Assembly: GCA_949358305.1 (NCBI GenBank)
Contig: OX442314.1
Coordinates: forward strand, 806,001-870,000
From: Strigamia acuminata
Lineage: Eukaryota
Direction: 5' to 3'
Length of the DNA stretch: 64,000 nucleotides
Part shown: positions 1 through 10,500 of the stretch, piece by piece
How the letters are laid out: each line of letters starts with the position of its first letter
How positions within the stretch are numbered: position 1 is the stretch's first letter
Made by a program: the position numbers and the translations under genes
The notes under the pieces: generated by a model
The model's input: only the letters and a program-made list of their open reading frames with translations
The model's database searches: none
Told to the model about the DNA's origin: nothing

Positions 1-1447
1 TTTTGTGTTTTTGTGGCCACTTATGGCACATTTTTGTCAATTTCACTGCCTTACTGTCGAAATTGGGTCTCGGACAGCAGGGAGGGCGGCTCTTGCAGGG
101 GATTGCTGGAGTGTCAAGCCTAACGGTATTTGCTTTCAAACCGCGCGTGGAATGCTTGCAAATACGAATTGGGTGGCTAACAGTTTCAAACGAAGACTGT
201 GAATCCAGCCCAACATCTTTCAAACTTTTATTTTTTTTCAATGTGCTGTGTGTGGATCCCTTTTCCCAATTTTGTGAAACACACCACATCTTTCTTGTTC
301 CCTTTTATCCTATTTCTACTCTAATTTCATATCCGGGTTGGAAAGGAGTGAGGCTCCCGGGGATTGGACCTAACTTTCCCTGGCGCTGGACCGTGTTCAG
401 TTGCAATATTCTCCAATCCGACTCAGGCTCAGTTCGCCAATTTCCCTTCACTCTTAGTCTGAGGCGTCTGAGTCACAATTTTTTGCCTCATCAGGATTAT
501 CGCGATCTTGATGGTGTTTTGGGTGTGATTTCGGTGCAGGAGCAGGCAATATCGGAGGAATCCTAAAACACGCGATTTTAGCGTTTTCAGCAGAGGTTAA
601 AACTGGTGGTAGACGTGTACACCAGTGCAAAGGAAAACGTACGACCTTAGCATCGAAGCTGTGGGGCGCGATGAGAAAATGCCACGAAAAATCGATATAC
701 GCAGTTTTTTCTACTTGGTTCTGGCGCGAATAATTTAGAACACGAAGGGAAAGACGAAGCATGCATTGTTTTGTTAGTTTGGGAGTGTCAGAGATCTTCC
801 AGTCGCCCATTTCTATCTTCTGGGGCGTGGATAAATGCCGGAAAGGTGTTCGCTAATTTTTTATTTTGGGGCGTGGATTAAATACCAAAATATAACCGCT
901 AATTTGATTTTTTGGGGCGCAGAGATGAACCAAAACTTAATGTTTTATTGTTTTTCAATAAAAAGACTTTCATTGTAATTTATCATATTTTATTTTTGAA
1001 GGTACACGGAATGCAGTAACAGGTTGATGACGAGGTCAGGGTCCGACCATTGACCCGCCACTCCTCTGTTTAATCGGTTTTAGCATAAAGGGCATGGACT
1101 CTGTTGAAAGAACAGGACGGCACCCCGGTGCGCGACTTTGGTCTTCACCAGATGCTCAGCGGCCAATTAGCTAAAAATAGAATCGAGGACCCTTGAAGCA
1201 CTGAAAAGCGCTCGAAGGTCCAACACATGGCCAGTGGTCGGACATTCCTTTGAAAGGGATGCTGAGATCTTTTGTAAAATAATTATGGTCGACCTAGTTG
1301 TAGGCGGCTGTAATTGGTCAAGGTACCCCTGACTTTGGTTTGGCTGTAGGAAGTGAAAGTGTCCTTGGATTCCTTCTCACTCCTTGCCTGTGCGTGGTCT
1401 TGACTACACACACTTGGTTACCACTGGTTGCAAAGAAATAGCATCTT

Positions 1448-4354
1448 ATGGCAAGCAAGGATCTCGATTCGGCTTGGGCCAGAGAACTGGCTGTTCTTTG
1501 CGACGTCGATCCATGCGACATTAAGACGCAGGACGATGTCATGAAACTCATTAGGTTATTTCAACGCGAAAAGCAGCTGGCAGCACTCGATGCCGCCGCT
1601 GCACATGGCGAAGCAATTTGGTCAAATTTTGCCGCAGAACAGGCGCGTAAAGCCGCTGTTCGTGCGCAAAATGAGGCCAGCGACATGGCGGAAGCTTGGG
1701 CAAGATCCGCGGTGTCGCAGCAATTGGATTTCAGTAAACGTATCATGGAATTGTCCAGCAGGTCGACGATAACTCGAGCCGCGGCATCGGACGATTCGGA
1801 CGTTGAAAGCGAGCCGGAGGAGGTGGACCTGGTCCCGGAGAGCGGTGTGGTTCAGCCCGCCGAACTCTACGACCGGATCTCGCCACCCCAGCCGCTAGAA
1901 ACGGTTGAGGCGGATGAAGGCGTCGTGACAGACGGCTCACCGCCCGACCGAGTCTGTTTCGTAGGCTTAGCCGTCGGAGCGGTCTGGGATACAGTGAGTG
2001 TCGCCGGACTGGGCAGAGATTTCCCTCTCCCGTTCGTCGACATTCGTTTTTCCGACCGCGAAGCGGTGGCACTTATGGATACCGCTGCTTCAGGGCAGTA
2101 TATGAGTAGTGCCGCGGCCGAGAAATACGGACTAACAGCCTCGATTGAACCCTGTGATGATTTCGTTAGGGTTATGACGGGCGATAGAGTAACCAGTCCC
2201 TTGGGGACGGTGAAATTATACGTCAGCTGGCAGACGGGAGAAGATTGGTTACGGTTTGCAGTGTTACCTTCTTCTTCTGACTTCATCCTTTTGGGGTGTA
2301 GTTGGTTGAGGGAATATGGCATTGTAATTCGCATTTCCCGGAACGATTGGTTTAAAGCCGATAATCCAGGGATGACGTTTCCTTTCGCTCCGCAGCCTAG
2401 ACAGCTAGACGACAGTGGTGCAGATGTTGACAAGTGGGCAAGGGTCACGCTGGAATACGGCGTCGACACGGCCGCACTGTCACTATCATCCAAACAATTA
2501 GATTTGTTGGAAGACTGCAGAATAGAAGATATGCGGAAGATGAGATTGGCTCGTGTGCTCGACGAGTTCAGCCACACCTTCAGCGAGATGGGAGGCTGTC
2601 ATCCGACGGTGGAACTTCGGATCCCCACGTTTAATGAGCCATCCTTCTCGTGCGATATCAAACCAACATCCCCTGCTCAAGCGAAAGCTCTGCGCCGGTT
2701 GGTGAGATGCGCGCTGAAAAAGGGTGAAATAGAAAAGAGTGCCAGTGCTTATAGGAACCAGCCGGTGATAAGTATATTACCTGACGGAACCTTTGACGCT
2801 TGCATCGATTTTAGACAGCTGAATTCAGTCACGGAGAGAGACACGTACCCGGTCCCGTCTATTCCCATGATTTTGGCCTGTGTGGAAGGGAGTGTGTTCT
2901 TCTCTACTTTGGATCTGGCTATGGGCTGCTTTCAGGTAAGGATTGCGCCCAAGGACAGACCTAAGACGGCGTTTTACACACCTCAAGGTACCTTTCAGTT
3001 CGTGAAATTGCCCTACGGATTGTTGAATACTCCTGTGGCATTTCAACGGCTGATGGGGAAGGTGCTCGGCGAATCGAAGTTTAAGTGGGCGTTGCCCTAC
3101 CTGGACTCGATTGTGGTGTTCAGCAAAACTTTTGAGGAACACCTGACACACCTGTCCGACGTGCTGAGCAGGCTGAGCAAATTTTGCTTGACCGCTAGCC
3201 CGTCTGGATCTTGTGTGATATCTACTTCTTGGGACTTTCTTGGCTATTCTATGACTCCCGCAGGTTTTCGACCGAACGAACGCCGTGTTCAGGCGATCGT
3301 GGACTACCCGCGACCAGCGAATGTCGCCCAGCTGCGACGTTTCCTCGGCATGTTTGGAGGAGACACACCGCCGATCGAGGGACTGGAACATCTGTCGAAC
3401 CCGCTGGATGACCTACTCACAGTGGGTGCGGAATGGAATTGGTCCGACGAGTGTCAGGGAGTATTCAAATTTTTCAAGGATCATCTTTCGCGTGGGATCG
3501 TGCAGCCGATGCCTGATTTCGGCAAGACCTTTGTCATCCAGGCTGCCGCAAGTTTGACCGGGCTCGGTGCAGTCCTCACGCAGATCGATCATCTGGGGGT
3601 CAAAAGACCCGTTGCTTACGCGAGTCGTGCGCTGCAAGGCGCCGAGACAGTGTTAAGCCCGCCGGAACTCGATTGTCTGGCAGTTCTGCAGGCAGTCGCT
3701 TCCTTTCGATCTTTCATCGCGTATTCAAAATTCGAAATCGAAACAGGTTGCGTGGCGTTGTTTTGGTTATTACACTCAATCAACACGTCAGGTCGCCTGG
3801 TGCGGTGGGCAATGCAGCTCCAACAGGTGAGATTCTCTTTTAAATTCAGGAGAGATGTGGACGATCGGATCGCAGTCGCTCTTTCCCGTGTGGGCCTAGA
3901 TGACGATGAAACGACATTGGCGACCTCACGCGAAGAGAAAGCTGCTTCCATGCTTGCCCACACTCTTGTCTCAGAAAGCCTCGCTGGTGCGATCATGTCT
4001 TACGATGAGATTAGGCGGAACCAGCGGGCAGACGCCGATTGTAGCGCGATCATGAGATGGCTAGACGAAGACCGAGAAGACGACAGTCTTCTGGCCCAAC
4101 TCCCACCATCCGTGGCACAGTACATGTCCGATTATACGTTCGGCGAATGCGGAGAATTGTGTGTCAATACCCCGTTCTCACCCGAATCGTCACTGACCAG
4201 GACGGAGCAAGGCTTGGACGTAAAAATCCTGTTGCCTGCACCGCTAGCTGACCGTTGCCTCGACGTCATTCGATTGCATCCTCACTACACGCAGGATAAC
4301 GCAGCCGACATGGTGAAAAGGCTACGACGCATTTTTTTCTGGCCAGGAACTTAG
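1448..4354 (+). CDS. Ty3/Gypsy-derived Pol-like protein (helical N-terminus, protease, RT, RNase H, truncated at start of integrase), catalytically degenerate
   Basis: 968-aa uninterrupted ORF. Protease-like LMDTAA...ILLGCSWL; RT motifs CIDFRQLN, LDLAMGCFQ, KTAF, LPYGLLNTP, YLDS, FLGY; RNase H-like IQAAAS..GLGAVL, ELDCLAV, ETGC, GRLVRW, AVALSR; ends RLHPH...RRIFFWPGT* where the integrase Zn region starts. Colinear with the intact Pol at 51599-56680. Confidence 0.9.
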   Translation: MASKDLDSAWARELAVLCDVDPCDIKTQDDVMKLIRLFQREKQLAALDAAAAHGEAIWSNFAAEQARKAAVRAQNEASDMAEAWARSAVSQQLDFSKRIMELSSRSTITRAAASDDSDVESEPEEVDLVPESGVVQPAELYDRISPPQPLETVEADEGVVTDGSPPDRVCFVGLAVGAVWDTVSVAGLGRDFPLPFVDIRFSDREAVALMDTAASGQYMSSAAAEKYGLTASIEPCDDFVRVMTGDRVTSPLGTVKLYVSWQTGEDWLRFAVLPSSSDFILLGCSWLREYGIVIRISRNDWFKADNPGMTFPFAPQPRQLDDSGADVDKWARVTLEYGVDTAALSLSSKQLDLLEDCRIEDMRKMRLARVLDEFSHTFSEMGGCHPTVELRIPTFNEPSFSCDIKPTSPAQAKALRRLVRCALKKGEIEKSASAYRNQPVISILPDGTFDACIDFRQLNSVTERDTYPVPSIPMILACVEGSVFFSTLDLAMGCFQVRIAPKDRPKTAFYTPQGTFQFVKLPYGLLNTPVAFQRLMGKVLGESKFKWALPYLDSIVVFSKTFEEHLTHLSDVLSRLSKFCLTASPSGSCVISTSWDFLGYSMTPAGFRPNERRVQAIVDYPRPANVAQLRRFLGMFGGDTPPIEGLEHLSNPLDDLLTVGAEWNWSDECQGVFKFFKDHLSRGIVQPMPDFGKTFVIQAAASLTGLGAVLTQIDHLGVKRPVAYASRALQGAETVLSPPELDCLAVLQAVASFRSFIAYSKFEIETGCVALFWLLHSINTSGRLVRWAMQLQQVRFSFKFRRDVDDRIAVALSRVGLDDDETTLATSREEKAASMLAHTLVSESLAGAIMSYDEIRRNQRADADCSAIMRWLDEDREDDSLLAQLPPSVAQYMSDYTFGECGELCVNTPFSPESSLTRTEQGLDVKILLPAPLADRCLDVIRLHPHYTQDNAADMVKRLRRIFFWPGT

Positions 4355-6826
4355 AAATTCCTTGTTTCGGCTGGATTTAAAGTGAAGAACGTTCGTCAGG
4401 CGTAGACACGGCAAATCCTCGTCATTGTCACACCGACAAACACAGAATGGAAACCGTAAGTTTCCCTGCAACGATGACTTATTGAAACGGATGTTTTTTA
4501 TTTTTTATCGAACTCACCCGTTTTGTAGCAGTCACTTGTTGCTCGGTAAAGTTGGGAAAATCGATTAGCAGGCCCGTGATTCGTCTCGATGGTCGCCGAT
4601 CGATCAGTGTTGGTCACTAGACCGATAGCACTGTTGAATTGATTGATTAAGTCACTGAAATTGGTCGGAGAAGTCTGTTTAATTACCTGCTTTCCGTGGC
4701 CAGTTTCAGCGGTCATGTTGCGGTCTCAACCGATGAGAATCGTGGCATTCGTGTGACGTCACGAAATCTCGCGGAGGAGCGTAACCATGGCGACGGTCTC
4801 AGCACCGCAGCCGCGATTTTTAAGCAGGTTTTATTTCTCTGCCCGGGGATCGTGGGAGTTTTTCGCTAAAAAATTCGGAAAATTGTCGTGGCAATAAAAT
4901 AATATTGTTTCGTGGTGTTTTTCCTGCGCTTTCTGAGAAAGATTGTCTCTTCAGATTGGGAATTAGTTATTGCACCAATTGGAGGGGTGAGGGTGTCGTG
5001 GGACCCAATCACAGGTCACGGGTCGAGGATTGTTCTCTGTTTAGACTCGAGGTTTCTTGTTTCTGGACATAGTCCCCGTGTGTCACTTATTTTCGAGAGA
5101 GCGACCAGATAGCATCAGCTGACTTTTGCTTGTGTTCGTGTTCGGGAAAAGTTTTTGAGTTGCGATATGAGGGTAAGACACAAATTTATTTTCTTTTTGC
5201 ATCATTTACTGTGGCCCTTTTTCTCGATAAAACCCGTGACCGATTGCTTTCTTTCGTACCCCGACCCCGTTATTACGTGCAACTTAGCGCTCGAGCAGGC
5301 AGTTTCGGCCGCCGCTCCTCGCTGGGGACGCAGGCAGGTTAAGTTGATTCTAACCCACCGCGATCGAATTGATTCACTGAAACACTTGTGGTTTCGACCA
5401 TTTAGTGTTCAGAAAACGTTTTAAGAAGTATTTTGTGTGAAGAAAACCTGAAATTTCAGCGTTTTCTCTCACGAAACGCTTCGTGATACCTGATGCGATT
5501 GGTTTCGGTTTGCCATCCGTCTTCCGTCTCGAATTTTCTATCACTTCTTTTCGCTTCTCTTTCTTCTTTTTCCCGATGTTTCTGTAAAAAGTGCTTTTCG
5601 TTAGTTTTTTTTTTTTGCCCCGTTCTAATTTTTTTTTTGTTTTATTTTTCATTTTTTTTTGATCACGTATCTTTTTTTTTGTTTTTGCCTCCATTCGCCG
5701 TGTCCCCGGTTTTTCTTTCTGAAATGGGTGGGTATCGGCGTCGAATTCGCGAGTCAGCTGGCAAAGGTTACACCGTGACCCACGCCTAACCCCTCGGAAT
5801 TCGTGCATCCCTCGTTCCTATTGTCCCTAATTGAGGTCAATGACCTGCGCGCTGGTCACTTGAGTGGCCAGCGGCACGATCTGAGACCCCCAATCTGGGA
5901 AAACAATAGCGGGCGGTGAGGGGTTGTCGCCGCGGTAAGAGGAGCCGAGAAGTTCGCTTCCCGAATCACTCGCCGCCGCGGCGCGACTCGAAGAAATCAA
6001 AGTCCACTTCCGTTTGGAGTTTTTCGTTCTTTTTTTTTCCCCCTGTTAGTCTTCAACCCCTCCTTTGTTTATTTTGCCCCGAACTCGAGTTTCTTTCTCA
6101 GCCGGCGCATCTGAATTTTTTTTTTTTTTTTAAATTCAATAAGATTATTTGGTTTTATTTCTTTTCTCTTTTCGCTCGCGTTCAGGCAGAAAAGGTGTAT
6201 CACTTTTTCGCTCGTTCGCGTATTTCCTTTCGAGACATCCTTTTTTGTCACAATCGATGGTTTGTTCGTGTTTTCTGCGACTGGACTGGGTTCTGATTCA
6301 GGCGCCAGACTTCACCGGCATGCCGGGCCGTTGTGCAGAACGGTCCGCCATGTTGGTTGCGGTTTGCGTTGCCATCACCATCCCTTGCCGTGTCGTGTGT
6401 GAAATTCTTACAACCATCATTTCTTAGACCAGGCACCACGCTTTGGTCAGGATTTTATATCATCCTGATTCGGTTTAACGAATTCAGGAAATTATGTCGG
6501 CTTGCATCGCCGGAGCACCGAAAATGGCTTGCGCCAGCTCGGTGTCTTCGACGATTGTGTGACATCCACTGACGTCATGTGCTCGCGTGGGAGGTTGATT
6601 TTGTCGCCCCCTCGTGCCGGAATCCTCATTCATAGCCCTCACGTCATACTCTCAGCCCAACTTTTTCCCCCCTTCCCCTTTCACTCTTTGATATAGTTTA
6701 TTAATTTTTTTATTTTTATTTTATCTAGAATTCGGGAAATGGTGGCGGCGACGGTAGCGAACAGTGGCACATCTGCCCTGTTTGCTCAGGCGAGCGCTGG
6801 GAGACATCAGCGGGCGGATGGGATAT

Positions 6827-7345
6827 TGAACGTTTGGAGCAGAGGGAAGTAGCGCAAATTCGACGTGTGTCGAGTGTGGAAGCGTAATTCGGGCGCCGTG
6901 TCGCCGACACGGACGTAATAGCGACGTTGTCGCGAACGAGACGAGTGCGCGCGGCCAAATACCGCTTATGTGCGCCCAAAAAGCACAGAAGGTGCTCTAA
7001 ATTAAAGTGAAATACTCTAAAAACATAAACATTTAATGGAAATAATAAATATCTTACAAATAGAGTCCTTTTCTAATGTTGAAAAGCAATGAGAGCACAT
7101 ATTCATGTGCGCGTCCATCTTGGATGGGGAAAAAACATAAGCAACGACACCTTGTGTCGGAATTATGCATTACATAAAAATATAGCTAGGGAATGCATGA
7201 TGCTTCATGCTTAAATGCATAAAGCAAACATAATACCAAAGTAAATAAACATGTGAATTAATACATCGAGATAATTAAACTAAACAATCAAAATGTGATT
7301 CTATATCACATCGACATAAAACATTTGGGTTTCTCAAAACCAACA
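6827..7345 (-). repeat. 3' LTR of the Copia element
   Basis: Direct repeat of 13657-14175; TGAACG...CCAACA on + strand. Confidence 0.95.
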
Positions 7346-7356
7346 ATTCCCCCTTT
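7346..7356 (-). other. Polypurine tract of the Copia element
   Basis: Minus strand AAAGGGGGAAT immediately before the 3' LTR. Confidence 0.85.
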
Positions 7357-7561
7357 CGATGGAAATAGAATCGGGGAAATAATGGACAGATACTGGAATT
7401 ACAGTGTATAAGAGATAAAACAGAAATAATAAAATCGAATCATCGAGCCGGGTACTATAATTGAAGAACGCTACATAAGCCCGAATATTCCCACTGGAAC
7501 TCGATGATCCTCACAATTGGGAATAAGAAATAAAGAAAGTCACAATAAAGTCACAGTGAAA

Positions 7562-10500
7562 TCAGTGCCGGAAGATCTTGTCGATTAAGGACTTCAAACG
7601 TTCGGAACCAAGCCATTTGGTGAAAATGTCCGCAATGTTCTGTTCACCGGATACTTTATGAAGGTCGAAACATCCCGCCTTATACCACTCTCGCAGCCAA
7701 TGATATTTGACGCGGATATGCTTGGTCTTGGAATTTTCCACGTCATTTTCAGTAAACTGGATAGCCGAGAGAGCGTCGGAATAGATCATTGGTCGAGATT
7801 GTCGGTTGAGAACTGGAAATTCGGTGTAAATGTGGTCGAGCCAGAAAGATTCTTTAACACATTCCACTAGAGAGAGAAATTCCGCCTCCATAGTAGAACA
7901 TGCGACCGTTGACTGTTTTCGGCACGACCAGCCAATAGGCACATTTCCGATAAAGTTGATATAGCCTCCGAAACTTAGGGACGTTGCATGATCGCTTGCC
8001 CACGACGCATCCGTAAAAGCCCACAATTGACTCGAATTACAGTTGGAAAGTTCGATTCGATAGTCGACGGTGTTAGCCACGTACTGGAGAACTTGTGTGA
8101 GGGCTCGGATGTGCGTTTTGTCGTAACATGTGTTGAATTGGCTCAACGAAATAACCGAAAATAAGATATCGGGGCGTGTTCTCGACGCGAGGAATAAAAG
8201 CGAACCGATTAGGGATCGGTAAGGAAAGTCCGGTAGATTATCGGTTGACCCCTTTACGAGTGTCGTCCCAGGTGTGACGGGAACTTTTACGAGACGGTTG
8301 ATGGAAACTTCGAACTTCTTAACGAGCTTTGTGATGTAGCCACGTTGTGTGATGAAAGTCCGTCCGGCGTCGCGAATAAATTCGACTCCCAATAATTTCG
8401 TGATGGGACCAAGATTAACAATGTCGAATTTGGACGAGATAAGCCGAATAATCCGAGTCAACACGGTGTCGGAAGCGTAAAAGAAAACGATGTCGTCCAC
8501 GTAAACTAACATGACGGCGCAATTGCCGTAAATGTACACACAATTGCACGCGGGCATCTTCCGAAAACCGAGGGCTCGAAGCGTTCCATCCAACTTTTCG
8601 TACCACTCCCTCCCTGATTGGTGAAGTCCGTAGAAGGATTTAACAAGCAGCCAGACGTTTCCGGGATTCGAACAAGTTGCACCTGCGGGGATGCGCATGT
8701 ATACCTTGTGCTTCAGGTCCCCATACAGGTATGCACTTTTGACGTCGAGGTGAGCATCCTTCCATCCTCTGAGGACGACCAGAAGACAGAAGAATAGTCG
8801 GATTAAAACAAAATTCACGACTGGGCTAAAGACCTCGTCGTAACCTACCCCGATGGTTTGGCGAAACCCTTGTGCGACGAGTCGAGCACGATAACGAGTT
8901 ATTTCGCCGCTTAGATCCGTTTTCAGTTTGAAGATCCATTTACAGCCTAAGACTGTAGTGTTGGGCGGCTTCGGAACTTCTTGATAAATCTGCCTTTCTT
9001 TGAAAATGCCCAATTCTTCATCAACGGCTTCGCGCCATTTTGGGGCATCTGGTAATGTCGTTATATCAGAATAGGATGATGGCTCTGTACGGCAAAGATG
9101 AGCTGCATGACGGGCCGGAGGAACCAATGGTAATGAATGTTCCATAACGCCAAAGAAGAATAATTCAGGATCGTAAGGGAGATCATTCACTTGACAGAAT
9201 GCTGCAATGTCGTTACGGGATCGAAGTCTCGTGCCAGGCTGTGGAAAATAATAGACATCTGCGTCAATCGTGCCTGGTCGTTGATCTTTTCTTAAGTGTT
9301 CTTCGCGAACCCATCTCCTGAAGACTGTGTCTCCACCCACATAACGCCACATAAAAGAGGTCTTGTTTCCATGAGCTGGAACGGACGTCGAACCAGTTGG
9401 CAAAGGTGACATTGCTCCCTGGCCAAGTATGGGCATCGTGTGCTGAAGAATGTCCCCTCCGTGTCTTCGACGCAATGTAATAAAACGATTCGGTGAGCCA
9501 GGTGGGGAAAGCTGGGAAAGCTCAGGAGAGCTGGCAGGAGCTGATGAAATATTCGGAGAGTCAAACTGTTGTGATTCAGCTGCATACGATCGAATAGCAT
9601 CATCATCGATTTGATCAATATCTTCATCGGTGTCTTGTTCTTCTTGAAAAAAGATTGGGTACGTTGCTGAATGTCCCAATGTTGCAGAACCCGGTAATGC
9701 TAGTGCACACGCTTCTAGTAATTGACGTTCGGGAGTCCCAAGTGGCGAAAGATGTACTAGTGGGATAGAAATGGATCTAGAAACATTTCCATCTCCATCC
9801 TCATCATCATCATCATCGTCATCATCGTCTGGGTTGTCGCCATTTTCATCCGATGCATTGGATGAATCTTCATCAGAATCATTCTTGGGCCAGTCCAGAT
9901 ATTGGACACTGTCGTCAAAAGTAACTCGAGGTTGTTGACCAACATCAGGTTCTTCATAAATTGGATAGTGGTTGCCGTTTTGGTTTCGCAGTGTCTTTTT
10001 GTAAGACTGATGCTCATCGATGCGCACGTGAATTGATTCCGTTACGCTATTATCTAAAGGGTTCCAGACACGGTAACCACGTGTACCAGTTGCGTAACCC
10101 ACGAGAAATCCCTCCCAGGCTCGCGGGTCGAGTTTCCTGCGTCCCGGTGCAGTGAAGTGCACCCAGCACTTAGATCCAATTTTTCTCAGATGACGCAAGG
10201 AAAGAGCACGCTGTCGCCAAAGAATATATGGCACCTGATTATTCAGACGAGAATGTGGACTTCGATTTTTGATGTATGCGAAGTTGACAGCGATCTCTGC
10301 CCATAAGGCGGCTGGAAGTTTTGTTTCTTCTTGTACAGCTCTAATGTGGTCAGCCATTGTCCGGTTGATCCTCTCAGCTGTGCCGTTCATCTGGGGGCTC
10401 GAAGGATTTGTTCGCTGACCCTGGATCCCTTTGTCCTTTAAATACTGTTGAAATTCGTTCGATAAGAATTCGCCGCCTCTATCAGTGCGTATGGCCTTGA

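Noticed and set aside
3..810. ORFs 3-566 (+) and 454-810 (-)
   Set aside because: No recognisable motifs; may be decayed element sequence but cannot be supported.
5374..6296. Lys-rich and Phe-rich ORFs
   Set aside because: Translations of poly-T tracts in non-coding spacer.
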